Assembly (NCBI RefSeq): GCF_001194135.2
Contig: NC_068982.1
Span: 119,128,637-119,192,636, forward strand
Reading direction: 5' to 3'
DNA: 64,000 nt
DNA from: Octopus bimaculoides
Taxonomy: Eukaryota
Shown here: positions 38,370 to 52,159 of the stretch, in pieces
How positions within the stretch are numbered: the first letter of the stretch is position 1
Layout: every line of letters begins with the position of its first letter
Made by a program: the position numbers and the translations under genes
Notes under the pieces: model-generated
The model's database searches: none
Seen by the model: only the letters and a program-made list of their open reading frames with translations
What the model was told of the DNA's origin: nothing

Positions 38370-39320
38370 ACCGTAGTGATTCGCATTCAGGCCATTAGCG
38401 TCAAAATATAATTTTAGGACATTTGATTACAATTTTTCTAGCGTTATTTATAATGGCTGTCCACATTTCAGTTCACCCTCAGACACAAACTTGGGAATCC
38501 TTGTGTCTTCGTGCTATCCACATATATAACGTGTCCCACTCCGTGCGATCCCGTAGAGTAATCTCACAGATGGCATATTTGCAAACTCCAGGACAATGCT
38601 GTTGGACATATAGTCTCACGAAAGGAATGTTGAATCTAGACCCATCTGTTGTGATTAGCATATCATCTACATCTTCATATGCGACTATACAGTTCATATA
38701 GTATCAACGCACAGGATAGTACTCCTACTCGGGAAACTTTGCCGCTTTTGGGTAGTTTTATGCCATGTTGTACAACAAGGGATTACTAAAATCACCGAAA
38801 GTAACTATAAAGTAGCGAATGCGGTGATCCACTACCACTTATCAGAAATAGCTCTTCCCAATCGGATGAAAATTTTGACTATATATGTTGTATCACAATC
38901 AAGAAGAGCTGAGTCGCATGTTTCAGCACTACAAGTGTAGTCTGATTCATAATTTCAGTCATTTATACATTTACTGGTAGGATGACAGCCGATGTCATAT
39001 GCTAAAATGGTGTGTAAGTTTGTGGACATTTTCTAGGGAATTGATAGATACAGTTAAGTCATTAACGAAATAGAATAAAGTGTTACATTCAACTAGATGT
39101 TACTCAATATATCTTCAACAACCAGCGTCCACTCTTCCATAAACTGTCACTTTAACTGTGACTTGATTTTCTGTACTTTTATACATTGGTACCCAGAAAT
39201 AATGCAAACGGCGTTGGAGCGAGTACACAGTCCTGCTTTATTTCATGGACTACCAGAAAAAAGATAGAACTACCATTGTGAAACCATTTGATTAATACCA
39301 CAAATTTCTCCGGATACGAT
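38370..39320 (-). mobile_element. Degenerate RTE LINE fragment (RT to post-RT region)
   Basis: YPEKFVVLIKWFHNG; IKQDCVLAPTPF (cf. VKQGCVLAPTLF); HGIKLP; GHVIY; EDTRIPKFVSEGELKCG, in the expected order across frameshifts. Confidence 0.75.
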
Positions 39321-39321
39321 T

Positions 39322-39378
<57 letters not shown>

Positions 39379-39719
39379 CGCGCTTGCATGTGTGTAAAGA
39401 GCGTGTGCGTGCGGGGGTTTGTGTGCGTTTACGTATACTCCTGCTGAAGTTCAGTCGCAATAGTGCTTACTTGCCCCCACTAGATGTTTACAAATATTAG
39501 CTGGATAAACGAAACGGAAATATCTTATCATGCATTACCCAAGTAGAAGTTGGCATGTTTATTCTCTAAGCAACACTGGATTAAAATGTTGAAAACATAT
39601 ATGAATTCATACAGTTCGTATATGGATTGAAGCAAACATTTTCACTCCATTTAGAGAAGAAAGATCGGATTCGCTTACACAACCTGAATATAATTCGGTT
39701 GCATCGGCTTTATTCATTT

Positions 39720-39900
39720 TAATTGTAGCACAAGAACAGGTATTTCGAGGGGAGGGTGCAAGTCGATTACATTGACACTAGTACTGAGCAGGGCAATGTG
39801 TACACCGGCGGCATTTGAACTCAGAGCATAACGGCCCGAAGAAGATATCACAAAACTTTTTGTCTGACGCGCTAAATATTCTTCCAGGTCATCGCCTTGG
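39720..39900 (-). mobile_element. SINE family B, internally deleted
   Basis: AGCACAAGAACAGG...AGTCGATTACATTGAC...GCATTTGAACTCAGAGC...ATCGCCTT. Confidence 0.75.
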
Positions 39901-41166
39901 TTGGGTTAAGTAACAATACATGCACCATACATATACACCTATGTATATGTAGTCTATAAAATTCAGTTTACTGCTTTACATCATTATTGCATGTATATTC
40001 ATACATTAATTTTCAACATTTCTAAAATTGATATCGAAGAAATTCCGTAACATACGTAACATTTTAATTGTGTTACAATGATTTGTGAATTCCGTAGGTT
40101 TCTATCGAAGGAAAGATGAGTAGTACCTTACATATATTTCCTTATTTATGTTAGTTCATACCATTTCGGTAAGTTAAATAAAAGATTTTAAACGAATTCG
40201 AATGAATGTAATCAACTGAAATCCTTGAAAACCCTGCTCCAGAATGACAATAGTCCGATGTCTATAACCAATTCACAAATAGAGAAATGCTTAGTATAAA
40301 TGTTATAATGCTTTGTCAAGCATATCCATTGCAATATAACACAGCTTATACATACATATCTATATAATATGTATGCAAATGTACGCGCATGTCTGCTTTT
40401 TGTGTGTTTGCATTGTTTGTCTCATTTCCTCTAAAATATGCGCACATGTATTCCGATGCCCCTACTTCTATGCAAATGTGTAGTTGGTGTACTGGTGAGG
40501 AATGTTTAATACACATATGAAATAAATCACAGAACATTTAAACCAATCTTTTCTCCCTTGTGTATCATGGAATTTTCAACAGCAGATATTCTGTTCCGGA
40601 AGAGACCATCCATCGTTGGTTGTCTTTTTATATCCTCAGTTTTATGACCTAAAGTTACAAATGCCGTTTAAGGTTACCATAGATATTTCTAAAAGCACAT
40701 CTACTCTTTACAAATCTTTATTACAGCGGGAAATAATTTCCATAATAATATTTTTCTATCCTTAAATCATCGTGTTATATCGCTACATATTAACCTTTAT
40801 TTACTTTTCACCAAATTGTTCAGTTGAAAACTTAGAACGAAAATGTTTCATGCCGTACTGTCTTCAGTTCCAACGGAAGAATGACGTAGATTGGTTAATG
40901 TATCTATAATAATGCATTGCGCCCACACGGGAGTTTAGAAACATAGCTGAGTATACCCGTAGTTAAAATATTTATTGGTGGGAATCAGTTTTATTATTCA
41001 AAGAAATATATACAGACGCATTTGAAGTGAAAGGCTTTTCGAGATGCACCAACGAAAAGAATTGTCTTCTATTGCACAGGTCGCTTATTTCCAAAATACC
41101 CATGAATAAATGTATATGAAATATGTGTGGTGTGTGTATGCCTGCATATATATATATATATATATA

Positions 41167-41721
41167 TGATTGGTGGAAATGTATGTGTTTGCACAATTAT
41201 CTTGAATAAAGGTATAGCTTACTATTTCTGGAAGGACAAAATGTACAGGGGAATTCTCTTAATTCCAACTCTGAAATTTATGACTGGAAAATGTATCACA
41301 TGGACTTGTGACCGGCGCGCTATCATTTTTACTGCTCCATCTTCCTAGGCACGTAATGTATTTTATCAATTTTATATATATGAAATTTTATATATATGAA
41401 CACGTACACACATACGACAAATAAAATGTCAGAAGCGTTGAGGCGTCGAAAAAATAATTTACGATACTTTGTTCGGTTTCTTTGCGTGTAGAGTTCAAAT
41501 TGCACCGTGGCTGACTTTCCCTTTCCGAGTTGATAAAATACATTACATGTCTAGGGAGCAGTAAAAATGATAGCGCGTCGCTCAAAATTCCTTGATACAT
41601 TTTCCAGTCATCAATTTCAGAGTTGGAATTAGAATTCCCCTGTACATTTTGTCCTTCCATAAATAGTAAGCTATACCTTTATTCAAAATAATTGTGCAGA
41701 GCTATACATTTCCACCAATCA
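41167..41721. mobile_element. MITE/fold-back element with about 200-bp inverted arms
   Basis: 41167-41369 is the reverse complement of 41530-41721 (TGATTGGTGGAAATGTAT...TGCACAATTAT.TTGAATAAAGGTATAGCTT...GTAATGTATTTTATCAA) with a few indels. Confidence 0.85.
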
Positions 41722-42654
41722 CAATTTCTGGGTCAAATGTGTGAGGCTCAAATTCTGCATTTGTTTTGTTTATTAGTACGGAATCTCCAAATGTTGAACA
41801 GAAAGCATTGTAAATGCTGCAATAGTTGACTACCAGTGACTGCAGCGTAATACAAACACACACACAAACAATAATTTTTATTGGGATCAATGTTAGGAAG
41901 GAATTCAACTGTTTTCCAGATATACTGCAAGAATAGCATAAATACGTAGTTTGTCAGTGTTCATTACTGAAATGCGTATGGCATACGCACGCTAAAAACA
42001 TATGATTTAAATTTGTTATGGCATCACACATAAAGATAATGGAGAGCAATTGTAGTTCTTCAAATAATTATATATAGGAATCATCCCGCAATGGGTTTCG
42101 CACATGTACCTCTGGTTAACATTTGTTTGTTTGTAGATGTTATGGCATGTCTGTAGATTTATTTGGCTGCGTATTGTTCATATTTATACATACATAAATG
42201 TGTACGAAAGAGAATTAAAAAGGGAATTGTATTTAAAGAAGAATCCTTATATTCGTTTGTTTGCTTAGTTTAAGCTAATTCAAACGTATCGCTGGCACTT
42301 GTTAGAAATGAATTGTTTAAATTTCACACAAACGTTTTGTAACAGAAGGGGAATTAAAATGCATGTTTTTTTTTTGTTTTCATTTTGTACTTTTTATACA
42401 ATTACAGACAACACACACACACAACTCTCACACTCACACTCACACGCATGCACACGAATAGACGCATACGCATGTAAATAGAAAATGAAACCTAATTCAA
42501 ACAATATGGAATGTTAAATAAAAAAATTTCATATAATCTTGCGACTACTACCCCATAATCCTAAAATCGCTGCTGTTTCGAAATTTCTTTTTAGCTATAG
42601 TTTTGAAATACGGGTAGTCCGAAACTACAATTTGTTTCGGTTCATAATTTCAAA

Positions 42655-42987
42655 GTGGAGGTGCAATGTCCCAGTGGTTAGGGCGGTAGACTCGCAGTCG
42701 TAGGATCGAGGTTTCGTTTCCCAGACCGGACGTTGTGGGTGTTTATTGAGCGAAAACACCTAAAGTTCCGTGAGGCTCCGGGAGGCTGTGGTGGCGAACC
42801 CTGCTGTACACTTTCACCACAACTATCTCTCACTCTATCTTCCTGTTTCTGCTGTACCTGTATTTCAAAGGGTCAGACTTGTCACACTCTGTGTCACGCT
42901 GAATCTCCCCCGAGAATTACTTTAAGGGTATCCTTTGTTCGGATCAACTGGAACCCTCATCGTCATATCTGACGATGTGCCAACCAA
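42655..42987 (+). mobile_element. tRNA-derived SINE family D with 11-bp TSD
   Basis: Head GTGGAGGTGCAATGTCCCAGTGGTTAGGG...GGTTTCGTTTCCC; flanking ATAATTTCAAA at 42644-54 and 42988-98. Confidence 0.85.
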
Positions 42988-45613
42988 ATAATTTCAAAAT
43001 AGTTTTCAAAGGTGTGCTATCTAAGGGAAATTTAGTTGTCGTTCCTAGCATGCATGAGAGATAATTCTTANNNNNNNNNNNNNNNNNNNNNNNNNNNNNN
43101 NNNNNNNNNNNNNNNNNNNNNNNNNNNNNNNNNNNNNNNNNNNNNNNNNNNNNNNNNNNNNNNNNNNNNNNNNNNNNNNNNNNNNNNNNNNNNNNNNNNN
43201 NNNNNNNNNNNNNNNATATATTATTTACGGACAACTTTCTCTTTGAGATACAAAGTTCGAAAATAAAATTAAATTTTTTCCGCACATGTACCGATTTTGA
43301 ACCCTTCGAGGCTAAACACACATGCAAAACCACATACACGCCCATCTATATAGTAGATATAATGTTGAAGATGTAATGTTGAAGTCAAAACAGTTAATGG
43401 TATTTTGAAAGTATTCAATACATACGTTTCAGATCTTAGTAAAATATATTAGGAAATACATGCCTTGCACATGACCTTCTGTTAATATGTTTTTCAAAAT
43501 ATAAAAGAACTGAAGGAAATAGCTCTCTATATGTATGTTTGTAGTTGCGGCAGCAAAATCGCTTACTAAGTTAGGAGGAAGAAAATACGTATAGAGAGAA
43601 TTACACACACACACATATACACAAAAAATAATACATATATACAAGTTTGTTTCTGTGTGCGTGTGTGTGTGCGTATCTATGTGTGTATGTATGAATGTGT
43701 GCTTGTGTGTGTGGTTCGAATGAAAATTGAATTTGTCCATCATCGATTCTATAAGCATTCTAGTTCAGTCGATCAATATGAAGTCCCTATACATATAATT
43801 ATAGCATGAGTGGCTAAGTGATTCTTGTGCAAGTGAAACTTTACCGCAATTTTCAATCTGGATGAAAGTAAAAATGTATACCACAAGACTAACTCCTTGG
43901 AGTACAGTAAAGCACATACAATCGAACAGGTTCTACAAAATTTCCGCCTTCACACTTCTGGTTACAAGTCTTTGGTCATACTAATGGTATGGTAAAGCAT
44001 AACTATATGTTGGGGATGATATGCCATAAGATAGCAGGCTAGATAACTCTTGGGATGTAGAAGTTTTATGTGTTCGCTCTGCCTGTACGTTTGTCCTGCG
44101 TAGAAGCAGAAACAGACATACACATGCACACACGCACAGAAAAACACAAACAAGAAACATACATATGCACGCACACACTCACAAAATCAGTCGAAACACA
44201 CATACATATGTACGTACACACAAACAACACACAAACAGCACACACATAGAGACACGTGTGTAACTGTATTATGAGAAATCTTGCTTAGACTGGAGTTATT
44301 CCTAGGTTTAGTTCTAATCTGCTGCTCTATCTGATGCATACAAGCTATGCGCCACCCGGAGCTTAACTATCTCTTTTCAAGTTTCATAGTTGATGAGTTG
44401 TGTTATATGCACTATTATTTTCCCTGTGATTGAGCAAGTTAAGTACTTATACATACCACCGAATGAATTACCTGCAACCGAATTAAAGTGAAAGGGGCTG
44501 AGAATTCCACAGACACGCATATCTTAATCGTAACTCTTAATCAAAATAAGCATGACATAGTATGTAACAAGAATACAAAGTTTATTCGATTAAACAGGAA
44601 TCTAGGAGTTTACCGTGTACAGGATTTCATTCATAAAATAATGGTGGATTTGGATTTATTCAAAATTATGCTTGCACAAGATGCAACGCGGAAGCATTAA
44701 TCCCGGGAACTAATGTCTGCAAAGCACGATTGTTCAGCACTTAGTGCATATACATCATATTAAACTCCATGTGCATATAACATTCAGCCCATATACATTT
44801 AATATTCAGTTGCACATACATATGACGCGCAACTACACACACACACACATATCATTCAACTCATATAACATAAAAGATAAATACAGAGCGCACCAGGTCG
44901 ATTAAAACTATTTCATACACTCTCGATCGTATGAAACATACCTCAGATATAACAAGAAAATTCTCGTCTCGCATAAGACAATATTTCCTCATACGGCACA
45001 TATGCTAACACACACGTGAATGTGGATTTTATGGACATACAGAGATACACACAGGAGCATATATGTGTGTGCGGGTGCATTTGTGTGTGTGAGAAGCAAC
45101 TGCTGGAAATGTGTTTCTTGGTATTGGATTTTTAATTTCATACGAGTCGCAAAAACGTAAAGAAAATCAATTCTGTGTACATATTTCATTAACAACGCAA
45201 CATAGATAAATAAACAACTACAAGGAAACGTTTATTGTCTTTGAAGTGCTGTAGAAAGTGGTAGAAGTCAGAATACTGGTAAACACAAGCAAAAAGAGAA
45301 TTGACGATTGCTTCCGAGATTATTTTTTCTGAAGTTGAAAAATATAATTAATTTTTCTCTGCCTGCCGTGCCAGAAGGCTATTTTGTCTCTTTCGTTCAA
45401 TTTCAGTATCTTTTCCCTCAATTCTAATTCTATCTTTCTCTTCGTTCTGATATGTAAGAAAAAAGATATCTACAAATACACAAACATACAAGCACAAACA
45501 CACTAACACCCATATAGCATTTATAAAAAAAAAAACAGTTAAATATATTTATTCTCTTTCCTTAATTTATACATGTATGTATGTATATATGTATGTATGA
45601 ATATATGCTTACA

Positions 45614-45849
45614 CATATTGTAAACAAACTCATAAGCGCCGCATGTGTCAGTAATCTACAGAAAATAAAGTAAATTCACGAATGCAGGAAGGCTTTGACG
45701 ACAGCATATATAATCGGATAAATACATCTTAGAAGATGATGGTGGGGAGCCAGCAAGCCCCACGGGGCATCGAACCCTACACTTCGCATTTCCTTTATAT
45801 TGTGTAGATTACAGACACATACGGCACTTGTAAGTTTGTTTACAAAATG
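45614..45849. mobile_element. Short MITE-like inverted repeat
   Basis: Arm 45614-45682 (GTAAACAAACTCATAAGCGCCGCATGTGTCAGTAATCTACA) pairs with 45783-45849 (TGTAGATTACAGACACATACGGCACTTGTAAGTTTGTTTAC). Confidence 0.75.
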
Positions 45850-46067
45850 CTCAAATATTCCAAAATTTATTATTTAGTGCTATAATTAGACCGAATTAGT
45901 TGTCAGGAGATCTCTTAGCCTAATGTTTAGAACGCTCAGCCGGAGTTTGATAGGCGCAGTGTTGGCGTCGATTCCTTGTGAGGATTGCTGTCCTTTATTT
46001 CTCTCCACCTTCTGAAGAGTGTGTACCCAATTCTATAAGCTGTCCTCACAGCCTTCCTGTGTTCGTG

Positions 46068-46098
<31 letters not shown>

Positions 46099-47420
46099 NN
46101 NNNNNNNNNNNNNNNNNNNNNNNNNNNNNNNNNNNNNNNNNNNNNNNNNNNNNNNNNNNNNNNNNNNNNNNNNNNNNNNNNNNNNNNNNNNNNNNNNNNN
46201 NNNNNNNNNNNNNNNNNNNNNNNNNNNNNNNNNNNNNNNNNNNTATCAATTTATAGAAAATCAAAATTAAATTGAGCTTTACAAAGTAAAATATATATAA
46301 ATATATAGTTTTAGGGAAAAGAACCAAGGTTCATGAACTCATCGATGAAAATACACTGTCACAAGTAGAAAAATTAATAATCAAAAGTACAATAAATGAG
46401 TATAATATAATACAAAGTAAATATCATAAGATAAAGATAATAAAATGACTACTCGTGTTTCATAACTAATTTTCAAATAGAAATGAAATTTAAATTGATT
46501 AAAATCAATTAAAATTATCGAAAATAAATTCTATTCGTCAGGTCTAAATACAACAATACTAATAATAAATAAATGTATATATCAACCAACAATAAGTACC
46601 AAATCAATTTAGATAAAATACTTATTTTATAAAGATAGAAAAATTATTAAAAATATCAAAATAATAAACATTCCATAATCATCTCTACATCCATTATAAT
46701 ATATGCTAACATGTATATTATATACAAAAACCAGCTTACATAAATTATTATCGTTTTAAATACAATTTGAACGAAGTTTAAGGTTAAAATAATAATAAAG
46801 ATATTAGTACATATTTAACCGGTTTAATAGTTAAAGCTAGACTATTTAAAACTAAAAACGTTTATTTAATTATCATTAAACATCAATTGAATAATAGAAA
46901 AATACAAGAATACTTATTTCTACAAACGTAGAAATAAAAATAAAAATATGAATGAAAAAATTAAGAATGAAAAAAATTATTATGAAGGAAAGATTAAACT
47001 TTATATAGCCTAAGTTTTAATTTAAAAAAATCAACCTTGCTTGCTTGCTTGCAATGTTACACACCCAAACTGGCGCATAACGGGAAAAGTTCGCATAAAT
47101 TGTGAATTCAAACGGAATAAAACAAGTTTCGCATACATTGAACCAGTGGATATTAAGGTATTCGGGGTTTGGTGGGTATAAATACCCAAAACGATGCATA
47201 ATGAGAACATTCTCCGAAAATAACTTAACCCTGAACGGGAAAAAAACTCTAACCTTTCCATTAGATACATTATGATGGGCAAAATATTCTAGTGAAAAAT
47301 GACATTAAAAATGCGGTAAATATTTTGTAAAAGACCCGTTCTTCACAGCGATGTGAAGTTGTTTCTTTTGTTTTTTTGCATAAGTTTCTTTTGAGAGCAT
47401 TCAACGTATCTCACCTCCAA

Positions 47421-47532
47421 ACATTTGGCTGCATTTTATAACACGCCCTGCTACAACGTGACAGCTATTTGCGATAAAGGATCCGAAATCCCCTTTATGT
47501 GGTAGCAGACCGTGCAAGAAATAGCAGCCACA
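47421..47532. repeat. Fragment of a further dispersed repeat with core TGGCTGCTATTTCTA
   Basis: Core occurs twice here in inverted orientation and also near 37993, 38221 and 51384. Confidence 0.45.
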
Positions 47533-48608
47533 TCTTTCCTTTTCTGGTTAAAGGAGTGGTTCACGCGTGATTTGGATACAACTTTCGTTGAAAGCATGTA
47601 AAATAATCTGGAACAGAAAAATTAACGCACAAAGCAAAACTCCGTTGCTGGAAAACTCAGAATTTCCCGGTGACCCAACGGATCATGGGTTGTCTAATAT
47701 ATATNNNNNNNNNNNNNNNNNNNNNNNNNNNNNNNNNNNNNNNNNNNNNNNNNNNNNNNNNNNNNNNNNNNNNNNNNNNNNNNNNNNNNNNNNNNNNNNN
47801 NNNNNNNNNNNNNNNNNNNNNNNNNNNNNNNNNNNNNNNNNNNNNNNNNNNNNNNNNNNNNNNNNNNNNNNNNNNNNNNNNNNNNNNNNNNNNNNNNNNN
47901 NNNNNNNNNNNNNNNNNNNNNNNNNNNNNNNNNNNNNNNNNNNNNNNNNNNNNNNNNNNNNNNNNNNNNNNNNNNNNNNNNNNNNNNNNNNNNNNNNNNN
48001 NNNNNNNNNNNNNNNNNNNNNNNNNNNNNNNNNNNNNNNNNNNNNNNNNNNNNNNNNNNNNNNNNNNNNNNNNNNNNNNNNNNNNNNNNNNNNNNNNNNN
48101 NNNNNNNNNNNNNNNNNNNNNNNNNNNNNNNNNNNNNNNNNNNNNNNNNNNNNNNNNNNNNNNNNNNNNNNNNNNNNNNNNNNNNNNNNNNNNNNNNNNN
48201 NNNNNNNNNNNNNNNNNNNNNNNNNNNNNNNNNNNNNNNNNNNNNNNNNNNNNNNNNNNNNNNNNNNNNNNNNNNNNNNNNNNNNNNNNNNNNNNNNNNN
48301 NNNNNNNNNNNNNNNNNNNNNNNNNNNNNNNNNNNNNNNNNNNNNNNNNNNNNNNNNNNNNNNNNNNNNNNNNNNNNNNNNNNNNNNNNNNNNNNNNNNN
48401 NNNNNNNNNNNNNNNNNNNNNNNNNNNNNNNNNNNNNNNNNNNNNNNNNNNNNNNNNNNNNNNNNNNNNNNNNNNNNNNNNNNNNNNNNNNNNNNNNNNN
48501 NNNNNNNNNNNNNNNNNNNNNNNNNNNNNNNNNNNNNNNNNNNNNNNNNNNNNNNNNNNNNNNNNNNNNNNNNNNNNNNNNNNNNNNNNNNNNNNNNNNN
48601 NNNNNNNN

Positions 48609-48639
<31 letters not shown>

Positions 48640-48769
48640 GAAGGTATGAGGTCTAGATCGTGAGTTCGATTTGTGGACGCGTGGTGTTCTGAAGCAATTT
48701 CTTTGTGAAGATCGTTCGGCAAAAACTGAACAATAAATAAATCTTTATTTATTCAACCACACTAACACT

Positions 48770-49622
48770 GTAACTAGATCTGATGATAATATCTGGCTCA
48801 TCCTCCCGTTTTGGAAGCAAGTTAAATCAAATTTGGTCCGGCAGTTCCGAGACGCGGTGAATAGGAAGTTTCCTTGGGGTTCCTACTATTACCCAATAAT
48901 CAACTCATATAAGGTTAGATTTGGGTTTTCTAATACTAAAGATTTGTTACAGAGTATATCTTCCCATAATTTCAGGCTTTTATATTCATGTTTAGACAGC
49001 CATCCCAGTTATGATGATAATAATAGTAATGTTTATATGAATAATAATAAAAATTACTCCAGTAATTTAACACACTCATATGATGGCAATAGTCATTTAG
49101 GTAAAAAATATAGGTAGTATGTAGAATATTAGTAAATATAACAATCTCTGTAACAACAATAAGATTAGCATATCGGAATCAATTCCTAATAAAATTAAGT
49201 TTTTAAGTGCGAATGCCAAGACCAAGAATGTGGTTTATCAATGTAAGGTAATGTTTTACGAAGACGTCTCGTTTTACGTAGGTAGCTCATCGACGCAGGT
49301 CTCCATGAGAATATCAAACCATTATTCTTCATTTAGGGATAGGAATAAAGCTAACAGCACCGACCTAAGTAAATTTATTTGGAAACTGAAAATTGCAATA
49401 AACAATTCTCTTTGGAATGGTCTATACTGGCTATCTCAATTCCCTACGACAAAAATAAGGATTTTTGTCCTCTTTGTAACTTGGAGCTTTACCATATTCT
49501 GTTCTCCAAGAATCGTCTAGTAAACCAGATAACACAGAGAGCGTATCGATGTAAGCACTGGCAGAGACGTACCTTCATTTATTATCATTAATTTCATGCT
49601 TCTTACTAGTTTTAATTTTTAG

Positions 49623-49660
<38 letters not shown>

Positions 49661-50398
49661 TTTATTTTTTTACCAAATGTCCTCTGAATAATATATTTTA
49701 ATATAATCTTAAATAATATTCATTTCTGCCTCCATCGCCACTTGTCCTTTATTTTCCCCTTCTGTAGTTGGTTAGTTGCTACTTAAGTTGTCTTTGTACC
49801 ATTAGTGACTTTAATTAAATATACACGATCTTCTCCTTATAAACATGTATATTATGAGTATTATCATTATTTCACAACAAAATATATTGTACCTTGTATT
49901 ACCATTAATTTGCGTTAATATCCGTATATTAATATATTACAAGGCTATGATGTTTTATTTATTATATTTACATCTTCGCTTCTAATCAGTATGTTATTTT
50001 TTCCTTAAGGAGAAATTATTATATATGATGAATTCTTAGGATTTTCTCCCTTCCTCCACCTCTTGTTTAGCTTACAACTTTTTGTTTTCTGAATTTTACT
50101 GTGATCCATTTTGCCTTCCCCTATTTTAATCATTTAATTTAAACCTTTAGTATAGCGTTTACAGCCTCTCTCCCGTAATAACTCTATGTAAACCAGCGTT
50201 CTTGTGTCTAACAGTCACTTACTTAGCCATTTAATATTATAACTCGTACGTAACCTTATCATTTCACATTTGTCTTGGTTCTGTATGCTGGTTCCCTGAC
50301 GATGAATATATGTGAAATTCCAGCACCTCTTACCTCTTTGGAGTAGAGTGGACATATATTTTGAAACATATAAACTTTCGTTTATATGCGTTTTGCTC
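48770..50398 (+). mobile_element. Penelope-like element 3' part: linker, C-terminal GIY-YIG endonuclease, AT-rich UTR, hammerhead
   Basis: RSDDNIWLILPFWKQVKSNL...FP...ISSHNFRLL (cf. RNIIWFNPPY...FP...ISSHNK); VVYQCKV...FYVG; RISNHYSSF...NSTDLSKFIWKLK; WSIL; CPLCNLE...LVNQ...RCKH; frameshifted. Confidence 0.85.
50296..50398 (+). ncRNA. Hammerhead-like motif at the end of the Penelope-like UTR
   Basis: CTGACGA (50296-302); stem II AATATATGT/ACATATATT; GAAAC (50363-67); stem III ATATAAAC-TTTC-GTTTATAT; the downstream sequence is lost in a gap. Confidence 0.55.
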
Positions 50399-51747
50399 NN
50401 NNNNNNNNNNNNNNNNNNNNNNNNNNNNNNNNNNNNNNNNNNNNNNNNNNNNNNNNNNNNNNNNNNNNNNNNNNNNNNNNNNNNNNNNNNNNNNNNNNNN
50501 NNNNNNNNNNNNNNNNNNNNNNNNNNNNNNNNNNNNNNNNNNNNNNNNNNNNNNNNNNNNNNNNNNNNNNNNNNNNNNNNNNNNNNNNNNNNNNNNNNNN
50601 NNNNNNNNNNNNNNNNNNNNNNNNNNNNNNNNNNNNNNNNNNNNNNNNNNNNNNNNNNNNNNNNNNNNNNNNNNNNNNNNNNNNNNNNNNNNNNNNNNNN
50701 NNNNNNNNNNNNNNNNNNNNNNNNNNNNNNNNNNNNNNNNNNNNNNNNNNNNNNNNNNNNNNNNNNNNNNNNNNNNNNNNNNNNNNNNNATATATATATA
50801 TATACATATATATATATTATTTACCATTCCATATACAATCTTTTTATTTCCATAATGTACAACTCTACAGTCACAAAATCTCTTAAACGCCAGGATTTAA
50901 TTTTGATGGCTTTCATATTCAACCAACTAATTAAATTCGGTAAATAGGCCTAAATGTTTGCATTGAAACATATTCTACATATTGTTATGTATTGTTTTAA
51001 ATATAATATTGTCTGTTGAAATCGGCATGTTTCATTTTTCTACTATTTTTATTTCGTTTTCTCTCTATCTAAATTTATAGTTATATATACTGCTTCACGA
51101 TGAAAGATCGATGACTCAATCAATTTGTAAAATGAGACATACGGTAGGATTATGAAAGCAGAAACCTTCCAGCTATTTACTGGCATTTAATTATTTGAAT
51201 TGTGATATTTAATTACTAATGAGCAATTTCTACGTGTTGTTTTTTGTCATTTGGCTCCGGATTTGTCTTTCTGCAATGGACTTAGGTTTATAGTCATTAG
51301 AGCTATGAACATGACCTACTGACTGCAGAGAAAATGCCTCTGGAACCAACTTTGAAGACTGTTTGATGAAATCTAAGGAACATTTGGCTGCATGTCTAGC
51401 TGGTCAATCAGTTAAATTATTTTAATTATTTTTATTCACTTAGGTGAAAATGTTTTGTTTTGAACTTGGTTTTATTTCCGGAGAAAAGGAGTTTTATAAT
51501 ATCTATGAATAGCATTCGTTGGCATTCATCTGGCCATTCGATATATAAGCCGACAGGCGAAACCTAAAATCCAAATCAATATAATTTTTACATTTAATTC
51601 GGCTCTACAACTATTATTGAATACACACCCAACAATAAATTTTCCGTCGACTTATTTCAAAACGCCTTAAAATAATGACCATAATTAAAGTTTTCTTAAT
51701 TACACACACACATATATGCATATAAATAAATGAATAAATATATATAT

Positions 51748-51947
51748 TACTCTTTACTCTTTTACTCTTTTACTTGTTTCAGTCATTTGACTGTGGCCAT
51801 GATGGAGCACCGCCTTTTAGTCGAACTAATCGACCCTATGACCAATTTTTGTAAGCCTAGTACTTATTCTATCGGGATCTTCAGCCGAACCGCTGATTGT
51901 CAATCGATGTTGGGGGGACAAACACAGACACACAAACATATACACAC

Positions 51948-51994
<47 letters not shown>

Positions 51995-52159
51995 TACGAC
52001 GGGCTTCTTTCAGTTTCCATCTACCAAATCCACTCACAAGGCTTTGGTCAACCCGAGGCTATAGTAGAAGACACTTGCCCAAGGTGCCACGCAGTGGGAC
52101 TGAACCCGGAACCATGTGGCTGGTAAGCAAGTTACTTACCACACAGCCACTCATACGCC
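51748..52159 (-). mobile_element. SINE family A, full length
   Basis: tRNA-like head (GGCTGTGTGGTAAG...GGTTCAGTCCC), CORE-like CACCTTGGGCAAGTGTCTT, internal microsatellite, (AAAGAGT)n tail. Confidence 0.92.

Noticed and set aside
38479-38697. YEDVDD read as an RT YADD motif
   Set aside because: Off-frame reading; neighbouring frames carry RTE post-RT motifs (GHVI, DTRIPK, GEL).
42969-42985. CTGACGA near a SINE end
   Set aside because: Part of the family D SINE 3' terminus; no stem II or GAAA.
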